DNA from: Rhodothermales bacterium
GTDB taxonomy: Bacteria; Bacteroidota; Rhodothermia; Rhodothermales; UBA10348
NCBI GenBank assembly: GCA_028284865.1
Contig: JANQQV010000017.1
Span: forward strand, 261,545 to 325,544
DNA: 64,000 nucleotides
Direction of reading: 5' to 3'
This document shows, piece by piece, positions 28,025-37,800 of the stretch. The notes under the pieces were generated by a model that ran no database searches, was not told the DNA's origin, and was given only the letters and a program-made list of their open reading frames with translations. Both the position numbers and the translations under genes were made by a program. How positions within the stretch are numbered: the stretch's first letter is position 1; the number at the start of each line of letters is the position of its first letter.

Positions 28025-30891
28025 GATCCCGGTCGAGCTGATGTGCTTGAGGTGTTCCGAGTCGACGTGTTCGGCAGATTCCGGATTCTGGGCCGAGTCG
28101 AACGAGAGGGAAGGGAATCGAGGGAGCGGATGGGTGCCTCAAACCTTTCGTCCGTGGAGGGCTCGAATACCTCGCCACCGGCCGCATTCACGTTGAGGTC
28201 GGATGGCGGAGATGTGTAGATGGGTCGGCGAGGGGCCTTGTATCCAGCCGGACGCTTGAAGCGGCTGTTGGGGATAAGTGCACCCGGGCCTCGCATGCCT
28301 TGCCGGAAGAAATCACCCACTAGCAACAATGCATTGTGTCCTCCCTGGCCCCAGTAGTCGGACTCGAACGTGATACGCTGGTCGTTGAACCCGACCCAGG
28401 CTCCAACAACCACGTCCGGGTGCATGGCCACGAACCAGCCATCAGCGCTGTTCTGGGTGGTACCAGTCTTACCTGCGATATCGCCTCGTACCCCGAACCG
28501 TGATCGCATCCACGTGCCGGTACCCTGGTCGACAGCTTTTCGAAGCATGGTGATCAACGTGTAGGCAGTCTGCTCGCTTAACACCCGGTCCGGCTCCGAT
28601 GGGAACGTGGCGACGATGTTGCCTTCCTTGTCAGAAATGGAAGTGATGGCCGTGATATTCCGCTTTACGCCGCCATCCGCCAGGGTTGCATAGGCATTCA
28701 CCATTTCCAGAAGCGACGTCTCGCTCGTTCCCAGGGCAATGGAGGGGACCGGCATCATGGGAGAGGTGATTCCCATTTCCCGAGCCAACTCGATGACATC
28801 CTGAGGACCGATTTCATCAATCAGGTGTGCAGAGACTGTGTTTTTCGACCAGGCCAACCCTTGTTCAAGGGTGACGAGACGCCCGCTTGCTCCGCCTCCG
28901 GAGTTCGTCGGAGTCCATCGTTCGCCGCGCGTGTTGGTGATGAAGGTCTTGATCTCGTCTTCCACCAGGTAGTACGGCGAGTATCCATCCTCAAGTGCCT
29001 GTGCATACAGGATCGGTTTGAAAATCGATCCCGGCTGGCGCTTAGCCGCAGCGACTTTGTCAAACTGGTCACTTCGGTAGTCATGGCCGCCAACCCATGC
29101 CAGAACCTGACCGGATCCAGGCTCCATCACCACGAGGCCCGCTTGCAGCCGCGTAGCTTCTTGACGGAGGTCGCGCATCAGTTCGGCATCACCGCGGACA
29201 GCGAGCACGGCATCATGATCGGTCTTGCCGGATTCCACAAGTGCTCGATGCACGTCCGTCCTCCTGGCCAAGTCCTCTTCCACGTTGCGCTTGATTCGCC
29301 AGTACCGCTCATTTCGCACCGATCCTGGAGCACCGAATTCGCGGATCAGGACATTCTGCAGAACTTGGGTTTGCTGCTCAACGGCTTTTTCAGCCAGTGT
29401 TTGGAGCTCAAGATTCAGCGACGTGTGGATGATCAAACCATCGCTTCTGAGATCGAAACCGGCCCGCATGGCCCACGCTTCAGCTTCCTGGCGAACATAG
29501 TCCAGGAAATACGGAGCGGGCGAATCAGCAGGGTCGTAATAGCTCAATTCCAGCCCAATGGGCATGGCGAGGGCTTCCTGGGACTGGGTGGCCGTGATGG
29601 CTCCCAATTCCTGCATGCGCTGGATGACCGTGTTTCTCCTGAGGCGCGATGATTCCGGATTGCGGACGGGGTTGTAGCGAGTGGGACCTTTCAGGATACC
29701 GACCAGCAAAGCGGCCTGGTTCAGCTCCAATCCTGATGATGACGTGGAAAAGAATCGCTGTGCAGCGGCTTCAATACCAAAGCTGTTGTGTCCGAAAGGG
29801 ACCGTATTGATGTACCATTCCAGCGTCGCGTTCTTGGTCATGGTCGACGAGATGCGACGAGCCAGCAGGATTTCGCTGATCTTCCGATCCATCAGCGATC
29901 GACGCTTGAGCTCGGGATAGTAGTTGCGTGCGAGCTGCATCGGAATGGTCGATGCTCCTTCAGGATCGCCCTTCACCGTGCTCCAGAAGGCGCCCGCCAT
30001 GCGGACCCAATCCACGCCTTCGTGCTCGAAGAAACGATGGTCCTCTGCAGCAATCAGTGCTTCAATAACCAGCGGCGATATGTCATCAAGACCGGCCCAG
30101 ATGCGTCGCTCGCCGAATAACGTCCCCAACTCAGATCCGTCGGAAGCCAGGATGAGAGAGGCTTCAGGAAGAGTAGCCGCCGGATTTGCGGGTAAAGCGG
30201 GCAGATTGCGATGAAGGTCGGCAACGTGGAGCGTGAACCATCCGGCCGCCACGATCACGGCGAGGCATGTCACCACGAACCCGGTTCGGATCACCCGCCA
30301 AACAATGTGGCGCTTCTTCTTTGGTTGGTCCTTGGATGCAACAGCACCCGAGCTAGACGCCGGCATCTGCTCCCGTGAGGTCGCTCCAGTTGCGTAGGGT
30401 CGGCTTCGTCGAGGCCGACCCGATTGACCGTTCAGCGTTTCGCCGAGATAGACATTGAGCGGAAGATAACGGGGCGCCGCTACGCTGGGAGGAGGTATTG
30501 CGGGTGCTCCGTCACCCGATGTGTGACCGTGATTCGGGGGAGCAGGTGAAGCCGCCGGGGAGAGAACATGGCGTGGTCGCCTGGCATCATTCAGCCGCTG
30601 AGCCTCGTGAAAAGACCGCGACCCTGCACCGTCTCCGCCCTCGGAAGGAAGAGGCGTCGATTGAGGATTCTGATATGAAGACCGGGAGGTCGACACGTAC
30701 CGTACCGTCGGTGGCGAGAAGCTTCTGGAAGACCCATCACCTGATGCCGACTGACGAGAAGAAAAGGGCGTACACCCCCAACTGCGCGCCGGGTCTGTCC
30801 AGCGCGTCACTTCCGACCAGGCCGGCCAAGCCTGGGAATCCCTGCCGGAAAAGGACCTCTTTTCCGTGCTCTCAGGTACGGTTTGATTCAC
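28021..30891 (-). CDS. second class A penicillin-binding protein 1A paralog (956 aa as drawn; start uncertain)
   Basis: GT51 motifs are AAEDHRFFEHEGVD, GASTIPMQLARN and RKISE. Transpeptidase motifs are SIFKPI, PTNSGG and KTGTT. The TM is at IRTGFVVTCLAVIVAAGWF. The first 175 codons are Ser/Pro/Arg/Gly-rich and low complexity. An alternative ATG at 30366 would give 781 aa, close to the size of the paralog. Confidence 0.85.
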   Translation of the reverse strand: MNQTVPESTEKRSFSGRDSQAWPAWSEVTRWTDPARSWGCTPFSSRQSASGDGSSRSFSPPTVRYVSTSRSSYQNPQSTPLPSEGGDGAGSRSFHEAQRLNDARRPRHVLSPAASPAPPNHGHTSGDGAPAIPPPSVAAPRYLPLNVYLGETLNGQSGRPRRSRPYATGATSREQMPASSSGAVASKDQPKKKRHIVWRVIRTGFVVTCLAVIVAAGWFTLHVADLHRNLPALPANPAATLPEASLILASDGSELGTLFGERRIWAGLDDISPLVIEALIAAEDHRFFEHEGVDWVRMAGAFWSTVKGDPEGASTIPMQLARNYYPELKRRSLMDRKISEILLARRISSTMTKNATLEWYINTVPFGHNSFGIEAAAQRFFSTSSSGLELNQAALLVGILKGPTRYNPVRNPESSRLRRNTVIQRMQELGAITATQSQEALAMPIGLELSYYDPADSPAPYFLDYVRQEAEAWAMRAGFDLRSDGLIIHTSLNLELQTLAEKAVEQQTQVLQNVLIREFGAPGSVRNERYWRIKRNVEEDLARRTDVHRALVESGKTDHDAVLAVRGDAELMRDLRQEATRLQAGLVVMEPGSGQVLAWVGGHDYRSDQFDKVAAAKRQPGSIFKPILYAQALEDGYSPYYLVEDEIKTFITNTRGERWTPTNSGGGASGRLVTLEQGLAWSKNTVSAHLIDEIGPQDVIELAREMGITSPMMPVPSIALGTSETSLLEMVNAYATLADGGVKRNITAITSISDKEGNIVATFPSEPDRVLSEQTAYTLITMLRKAVDQGTGTWMRSRFGVRGDIAGKTGTTQNSADGWFVAMHPDVVVGAWVGFNDQRITFESDYWGQGGHNALLLVGDFFRQGMRGPGALIPNSRFKRPAGYKAPRRPIYTSPPSDLNVNAAGGEVFEPSTDERFEAPIRSLDSLPSRSTRPRIRNLPNTSTRNTSSTSARPGS

Positions 30892-31247
30892 GAATTTTGC
30901 GGTTGTCCAAGGTCAATCTAGCGATTCTGAGGGAGTCTTGAAGGAATCCTCACCGGACAAGACCGCGTCTGCGGCAGAGTGCGGTTCAGGCTCTCCGCGG
31001 ATTGCACGTTCGCTACGGGATCCAACGCAACTTGAGCGTTAGTGGAGCGCTATACGTGATCTCCCCGGCAGGGTGATGGGGGCGTGTGATACAGAAGCCA
31101 GGCCAAGAAGTCATCCGAACCATTGCCCCCTTTGCGGGTACTTGCTGCGCTGCCGCGATGACGCTCCAAGCGGTCGGGTCCGACTCACCGGTCTGTGTGT
31201 GCATCGGAAGCGGCAGCAAGACCATCGACATTCCGTAAATCACCCAT

Positions 31248-31931
31248 ATGTATCAGGGCACGTATCAGCCACCAACTCGGTTTTCGGTCTTTCCGCCGGT
31301 GATCAAGAATCTCCTGATTCTGAATGGATTGGTATTTCTGGCGCAGATCGTACCTGAGACGAATCGGCTACTGATCAACTGGTTCGGTCTCTGGCCATTG
31401 GGTGATTCGCCCATATTCGGCCTCGGAGAGTTCTGGCCGTGGCAGATGTTGACTTACGGTTTCCTGCACGGAAGCCCCAGCCACATCCTGTTCAATATGT
31501 TCGCCTTGTGGATGTTTGGGGTGCAGATTGAGAATACGTGGGGGTCTCAGCGATTCATCGTTTTCTACTTCGCTTGCGTGATTGGTGCTGCCCTCATCCA
31601 GTTGCCGATCATCACCTGGGATTTCATGTCGTCAGGCGGCGATCCTCGCTGGTGGGTCCCGACCATCGGTGCCTCGGGTGGTGTATTCGGGATTTTGTTG
31701 GCGTTCGGGATGATGTTTCCCAATCAGCCCATCTACCTGTATTTCCTTTTCCCGATCAAGGCTAAGTGGTTTGTCATCGGATACGGGCTGATTGAGCTCG
31801 TTGCCGGCGTGAGCGGCTCTAGCGCCGTAGCTCACTTTGCCCACCTGGGAGGCATGTTGTTTGGTTTCCTCTTGATACAGTTCTGGCGAGGAAAGCTGCC
31901 CTGGAAACCGCAACAGCGGATGTATTGGTGA
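31248..31931 (+). CDS. rhomboid-family intramembrane serine protease (227 aa)
   Basis: Motifs are HLLFNM-type (HILFNMFALW), the catalytic GASGGVFG and HFAHLGG. Confidence 0.9.
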   Translation: MYQGTYQPPTRFSVFPPVIKNLLILNGLVFLAQIVPETNRLLINWFGLWPLGDSPIFGLGEFWPWQMLTYGFLHGSPSHILFNMFALWMFGVQIENTWGSQRFIVFYFACVIGAALIQLPIITWDFMSSGGDPRWWVPTIGASGGVFGILLAFGMMFPNQPIYLYFLFPIKAKWFVIGYGLIELVAGVSGSSAVAHFAHLGGMLFGFLLIQFWRGKLPWKPQQRMYW

Positions 31932-32010
31932 TGGTTTTCGCATGGCCCCAGGGTCGCCCTGACGCCAAGTCTACCATCTGAAACTGTTTCAACTGCTCAC
32001 GATTGTTGTC

Positions 32011-32997
32011 ATGCAGCCGAGAAACTTCAAGTTCTGGTACGCCAGTCAGCCTCGCGCTCTACGCCTTTTGCTGACGATCAATGTCGTCGTCTACCTGCTT
32101 TGGAATCTGGCCCTCGTGTACATCGAGCCGGCCCGCGGATTCATTATCAATCACGTTGCACTGAATCCGGGGTGGCCGGGTATTCTGCTTGAGCCCTGGC
32201 AGTTGCTCACGTACGCATTCTTGCATCTGAGTCCGGGTTTTGGCGGCCTGCTGCACATCCTGTTCAATATGCTGTGGATGATGTGGATCGGACGAGACTA
32301 TGAGGAGCTATACGGACCGGGCCGCATCATGGGAGTCTATATCCTCGGTGCGGTGGGTGGTGCGCTGCTGACCGTCGCGCTGCATGCTGTATTTCCATCT
32401 GTTGGTCCCTTTGGCGGGACCGTTCACGGAGCCTCGGGCGCAGTTCTCGCGCTGATGACCATGGTGGCCATCCACCAGCCCGACAAACGCATTGGTCTGA
32501 TGTTCATCGGCGTTGTGCGTTTGATTCATGTCGTAATCGGCTTCATCGCATTGGATATCCTCTTTTTGTCCGCAGGCGGCACATCGGTCTCCGCGCACTT
32601 GGGCGGGGTAGCAACAGGATTCCTGCTGGGAAGGATCGCGCGATCGGGCTCTCATCCGACACCGTGGGCCGATGTCTTCTTCAATAGAAATAGTGGGCGA
32701 TCGGGAAGGGGCAGCATCAGTGAACGCGGCGGTGGTGTTCTTCAGTCTTTGGAAGAATGGCTGGCCAGCCGATCAGGAAATAGTGGCGATAATGGCGATA
32801 GTGGCGATGTCCGTCGGCAACGGTCAGCCGGCCCTGCCAAGATCTATCCAATGGATCGAGGGAAATCGCCTGAAAAGAGTGATGCGACCAGTACATCAGA
32901 GGTGGATCGCATCCTGGACAAGATCAGTGCAACTGGGTACGATTCATTGACGGATGCCGAGAAGCGGACGCTCGTCGAGTCGAGTGGAGAGGACTAA
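32011..32997 (+). CDS. rhomboid-family intramembrane serine protease with a 110-aa Gly/Ser-rich C-terminal tail (328 aa)
   Basis: Motifs are HILFNMLWMMW, GASGAVLAL and SAHLGGVATG. The tail ends VDRILDKISATGYDSLTDAEKRTLVESS. Confidence 0.88.
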   Translation: MQPRNFKFWYASQPRALRLLLTINVVVYLLWNLALVYIEPARGFIINHVALNPGWPGILLEPWQLLTYAFLHLSPGFGGLLHILFNMLWMMWIGRDYEELYGPGRIMGVYILGAVGGALLTVALHAVFPSVGPFGGTVHGASGAVLALMTMVAIHQPDKRIGLMFIGVVRLIHVVIGFIALDILFLSAGGTSVSAHLGGVATGFLLGRIARSGSHPTPWADVFFNRNSGRSGRGSISERGGGVLQSLEEWLASRSGNSGDNGDSGDVRRQRSAGPAKIYPMDRGKSPEKSDATSTSEVDRILDKISATGYDSLTDAEKRTLVESSGED

Positions 32998-33288
32998 GCG
33001 AGGGGTGGCGGTGCGGTCGGGCTTTGCTTGAATTGCCCGTTTTCGACGCAAGGTGCTGGCTACAATTACCCCATTCCGTGTCCTCGTGAGGTTTGGCCTG
33101 CGGTTGTGGTAGCTGAGTGGATTGAATGGAATCTTCGGTAACGCCCCGGATCATCTTCCCACAGATGGATTAGACTGTAGACTTCCGCACGTCCCGTTCT
33201 CGCATTGACGTTTGCAACCTCAGCCGTTGCTGCCAAGGGCCGACTCCGGGATAAATCGAGCTGATGCTCACTCACTTTGCATAGAGAT

Positions 33289-34350
33289 ATGGAACGCCCC
33301 AGACGACATTCACGACAGGTTGCCGTTGGCGATGTGCTGATCGGTGGAGGTGCACCGATTTCCGTCCAGTCGATGACCACATCGAAGACGCATGACGTTG
33401 AAGCGTCGGTCGCCGAAATCAATCGTCTTGCCAAAGCTGGAGCGGACGTGGTACGTGTGGCCGTTCCGCGGCCAGAGGATGTCGACGCACTTCCTGAGGT
33501 TGTCGCAGGCGCGAATGTGCCGGTGTGTGCCGATATCCATTTCAATCACAAGTACGCGCTGAGTGCGATTGAGGCTGGTGTTGCGAAAGTCCGAATCAAC
33601 CCGGGTAACATCGGCAAGTTGGAGTGGGAAGCGGAAGTGTTACACGCTGCCAAAGATGCAGGCATTCCGATCCGGATCGGTGTCAACTCAGGGTCACTAG
33701 AGCGCGATATTCTGGACAAGTACGGATATCCGCAGCCCGAGGCGTTGTACGAAAGCGCGATGCGTCACGTGGAGATCTGTACGAAGTGCGACTTCGAAGA
33801 CATTGTGATCTCGGTCAAGCACTCGGACGTGTACTTCATGATCCAGTCCTACAAGCTGCTTGCTGAGCGGACGGATTTTCCGCTGCATCTTGGGGTGACC
33901 GAGTCCGGTTCGAAGGATACCGGAACGATCAAAAGCTCGATTGGAATCGGCGCATTGCTGGCTGAAGGCATCGGCGACACGATTCGCGTCTCGCTGGCCG
34001 CCGACTCTGTTCATGAAGTAGAAGTTGGCCACCAGATTCTCAAGTCGCTCAGACTTGGACGTCCTGGTGTGAACATCATTGCATGCCCAACCTGCGGTCG
34101 ATTGACTGGCGATCTGTTCTCAGTCGTTGATGACGTTGAGAAGGCCGTTAAAGAAATGAAGTTTGAGAAGGACCTAAATGTCGCACTTATGGGCTGCGCC
34201 GTGAATGGTCCTGGTGAAGCAGCTGGCGCTGATCTTGGCGTTTCCCTTGGCCGCGGCCGCGCGCACCTGTTCAAGAAAGGCAAGATCCTGAAAACGATCC
34301 CCGAAGAGGACATCGTCTCCGAGGTCCTCAAAGCAATCGAAGAGTTCTAG
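33289..34350 (+). CDS. ispG: 4-hydroxy-3-methylbut-2-en-1-yl diphosphate synthase (353 aa)
   Basis: Motifs are PISVQSMT, RINPGNIG and the Fe-S ligands ACPTCGR ... MGCAVNGPGE. The start is set at the ATG at 33289. Confidence 0.93.
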   Translation: MERPRRHSRQVAVGDVLIGGGAPISVQSMTTSKTHDVEASVAEINRLAKAGADVVRVAVPRPEDVDALPEVVAGANVPVCADIHFNHKYALSAIEAGVAKVRINPGNIGKLEWEAEVLHAAKDAGIPIRIGVNSGSLERDILDKYGYPQPEALYESAMRHVEICTKCDFEDIVISVKHSDVYFMIQSYKLLAERTDFPLHLGVTESGSKDTGTIKSSIGIGALLAEGIGDTIRVSLAADSVHEVEVGHQILKSLRLGRPGVNIIACPTCGRLTGDLFSVVDDVEKAVKEMKFEKDLNVALMGCAVNGPGEAAGADLGVSLGRGRAHLFKKGKILKTIPEEDIVSEVLKAIEEF

Positions 34351-34411
34351 AACCACGATCCGCGGCCTCTCGATCGGAGAAGCAGACTTGGCTTGCTAAA
34401 AGTGCGAAACG

Positions 34412-34449
34412 AAAGAGGCCCGGTTGACTAGTGTCAACCGGGCCTCTTT
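34412..34449. terminator. bidirectional terminator between ispG and the repeat-lipoprotein gene
   Basis: AAAGAGGCCCGGTTGAC, loop TAGT, GTCAACCGGGCCTCTTT form a 17-bp perfect stem. The A/T-rich ends give a U-tract on either strand. Confidence 0.8.
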
Positions 34450-34472
34450 TCGTTCTGAAAATGTCAGAAGGG

Positions 34473-34700
34473 CTAGTTGTGGCCTGAGCCACCGTCGGCA
34501 TTGTGGCCTGAGCCGCCGTCGGCATTGTGGCCTGAGCCACCGTCGGCATTGTGGCCTGAGCCACCGTCGGCTTTGTGGCCTGAGCCACCGTCGACGAAGA
34601 CCGCGGTCTCGCCTGACTGAGATCCAACAAGAGAGTCTGGGTTGCAACCAGTCAAAGCGAAAGCCGCGCAGACGAATGCAAAAAGAAAAGTCTTTTTCAT
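34473..34700 (-). CDS. small lipoprotein with five tandem DGGSGH(N/K)A repeats (75 aa)
   Basis: MKKTFLFAFVCAAFALTGC is a signal peptide with the lipobox LTGC. The mature part ends in (DGGSGHKA)(DGGSGHNA)x3 DGGSGHN-stop. Confidence 0.65.
   Translation of the reverse strand: MKKTFLFAFVCAAFALTGCNPDSLVGSQSGETAVFVDGGSGHKADGGSGHNADGGSGHNADGGSGHNADGGSGHN
34479..34598. repeat. 24-bp in-frame tandem repeat, 5 copies
   Basis: The unit is gtggcctgagccaccgtcggcatt, at 34479, 34503, 34527, 34551 and 34575. There are 0-3 substitutions per copy and no spacers between copies. Confidence 0.95.
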
Positions 34701-34870
34701 GGTGTCGATTGCTGTGATTGCGGTTTGTCGCTAGAAACCCAATAAATGGGGACGTCACCCAGAGAAACGAAAAAGCAATCCAGTTCGCGACACACGTTTG
34801 AAAGAATCCTAAAGCAGATCCTTTTGAAGCCGATACTCTCGAGGGTATCCTCAGGTATCAAACCAGGACA

Positions 34871-37800
34871 GTGCTTTTTCGCGGTCTACAAATCATTCTT
34901 TTCGTTTTCGTGCTCCACTCGGGTGCTGCGCAAGCAACACCTGACCTTAAGCATCATGGATCAGTCGGGGCCGACATCTTTGCTGTCGTGGGAGCAGACA
35001 CCTTAGGGATCAGGATCAATCACCTAAGTCCGTCCGAAACGAACATAAACAACCAGATCTGGTCGATCGCAGAGTCCAAATTAGGGTGGACATTTTTTGC
35101 CGAGGAAGAGGGGATCCTAGCAATTCGAGGTAATGATTGGAACCTCATTAAGACTCCAAACGCATCTACTGTTAGATCCTTGGCAGTTCAATCAACCGAG
35201 CACGGTGAACGGCTGTTCTTTGGCGAACAAGACGACTTCGGCTATGTGGAAATAGATAGCACAGGTAGAAGCATTGCTCGGTCAATGAGGGACCTTGTCT
35301 CTGATAGTCTGTCATTCGGCAATGTGTGGAATGTACACGTTCTCGAAAGCCAGGTGATCTTCCAATCAAGGAATCATTTATTCGTTTACGAAGATGGCGA
35401 CGTTTCTGTGCTTCCATCCGACAATGGTTACCACAATTCGTTCGTAATCAATGGACAATACCTCGTTCGGGAATTCGGAATCGGATTAAGCCGATATCTA
35501 GATGGGGAATTGGTTAGGATCACCAACGATACTCTGCTTGCGGAAGACTTGATTGCAGGAATCACCGAGGGGCGGTCGTCCGAGGGGATCATCTGGACCC
35601 AGAATCATGGGATTCTGCGACTAAGCCAATCGTCAGATTCCATTGAATCACAAGTAGAATACCCGCAAGAACTTAAGCAGATAGCTTCAAAAACCAGACT
35701 CTATACCGTTAAGCAATTAGATTCAAATAGGTATGTAATTGCTACTCTCGGAGCCGGATTGCTGATTGTCGACAGGGAAGGGCAAATCTTGAAGAAATTG
35801 TCTCGGGCGAATGGATTTCCGGATGATTCCCAAAACTTCATACACCCTTCGCTCAATGGGGGACTGTGGATTGGATTAGACAATGAGGGGGCAACATATC
35901 TCGACAGCGACTTGGTTAGACTAACCTATGGTTCAAAGAGCGGCCTTACCGGCTATATCAACGATCTGGAGATATCAGATGGGCGCCTGATCGTGGCGAC
36001 CGGCGCAGGAATTTTCACGTCTACCGAAGCCTCTGGAGTATTTTCCGGCCCAGATTTCTTCTATTCAGCTGGCTCACCCGACCCAAATTTTCGTCAAATA
36101 GATAATAGTCCAATTGTTTGGAATACGCATTTTTTTCGTGGGCATATGTTCACTGCTTCCGAAGCCGGAGTAAGAAGAGTCACTTTTGACCGCGACAAGG
36201 CGGAAATAGAAGTCTGTCCGATTCAAAACACGGACGGTTCGCAGTTGCCTACGCAGGCGTTTATGCTATTTGAGGATTCAGCCAATCAACAGCTATATGC
36301 CGGACTTGGCGACGGTCTTGGAGTGGTACGTGTGCTCCCCAATCACTGTTACGTAGATAGGGTCCCATTGGGAGTGGAGGATGTTGAAGTTAGATCGATT
36401 GCAATTCACGAGGATCTCCTTTGGATAGGAACGGCTTTTCATGGCTTGTTTGCGGTCTCAGCACCAAATGGAGTGATAGAAAAGGACCCCCTAGTTTTTC
36501 GAAGTGAGAAGATGCCAGGGCGAAACGACGTCGTGGTTTGGGGAGGGCGTATCTTTGGGTTCAATTCCCAGAGTATTTACGATGTGCTTATTGAGGAAGA
36601 CAAAATACAAACCAGTATCGTCAACGGGCCAGTTGGGGAAATTGGTAATGTCTCAGTGTTTAAGTCTACCGCTGACTCACAGGGTTGGTTGGTAACTGAC
36701 GAAAGTGTCTTCGAAGTCAGACTTCGACATGGCCAGCTTCAGGTTGTCAGCGAACCATCTGCTTTGAGATTTCAAAAGAGTAGTACATCATCGCTGATTG
36801 TGGACAATTCCGGAGTATTGTGGTTCAACAACGGCAGTGAACTAATCAGATATGACTCTCGATACGACGCCCCTAATACTTATAAACTTGCTGCGCAGAT
36901 TTCAGAAGTAAGAAACGCAACTACCGGAACGACACTATTCCACGGGTTTTTTAGGTCGCCTAATGGTGGTATTGCTTTATCCCAGCCAGACTGGGCAATT
37001 CCCACGTTGGACTTCGAGGCGCGGAATTTGACGTTCCAGTTTTCGGCGACCGAGTATATCAGCCCGGAAACGGTTCAATACCGCTACCGCATTGATGGAA
37101 AAGAAGAGGGGCCTTGGTCTGAGTGGTCTGAGGAAGCAGAGGCGATAACCCCTTCTATCGACGAGGGAAGCTATACGATCGTCGTTCAAGCGAAAGACGA
37201 CATTGGACGGCTCAGCGAGACGGCTTCATATTCCTTTGTAATTCTGCCGCCATGGTATCGTACGGCATGGGCCTACATGGCTTACCTGGTACTGTTCTTT
37301 GGCGTGACGTTCTCCGGTCACCGATACATCCACATGCGCCGGGCTCATAAGCTCGCTGCCGAGCAGGCAAAGGAGCTCGAGCGGGAGCGAGAGGTGGTTA
37401 AACGACTTTCGGAAGCCAACGACCGTCTAATGCAGGCGAATAAACTCAAAGACGAATTTCTCGCTACCACATCTCATGAATTGAGAACACCGCTCACAGC
37501 GATCCTCGGGTTTACCAGCGTACTGAAAGACGAGATTCCTGAAGAAGCCGAGTACCGTGAATTCCTGGATATCATCGAGGACAGCGGCGGACGGTTGATG
37601 GATACGCTGAATTCGCTTCTGGATCTGGCGAAACTGCGCGCAGGAATTATGGAGATCAATCTTGAGCCGGTTGACGTGTATCAGTTGTGCTTCCAAGACG
37701 CCGTTCAACTTCAGAACGCTGCGCAGAAGAAAGGCCTCAAGCTCCGGGTGCGCCGACCTGAATCGCCGCTCTATGCCACGGCTGACGTGCACGGTTTGAA

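Noticed and set aside
30498-30941. A 147-aa plus-strand ORF antisense to the low-complexity 5' region of the second PBP1A.
   Set aside because: It has no motifs and an Arg/Pro-rich composition. It is kept only as a caveat that this stretch is open in several frames, which weakens the case for the long PBP N-terminal extension.
34479-34598. The regular 24-bp direct repeats, considered as a possible CRISPR array.
   Set aside because: The repeats are contiguous with no spacers, lie in-frame within a coding sequence, and no cas genes are present.
34396-34758. Alternative frames through the 24-bp repeat array (120-aa minus, 97-aa plus and 100-aa minus ORFs giving RRWLRPQ or CGLSHRRH repeats).
   Set aside because: These are the same repeats read in other frames. 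Only the 34473-34700 minus frame starts with a lipoprotein signal peptide plus lipobox and ends just before the terminator hairpin.
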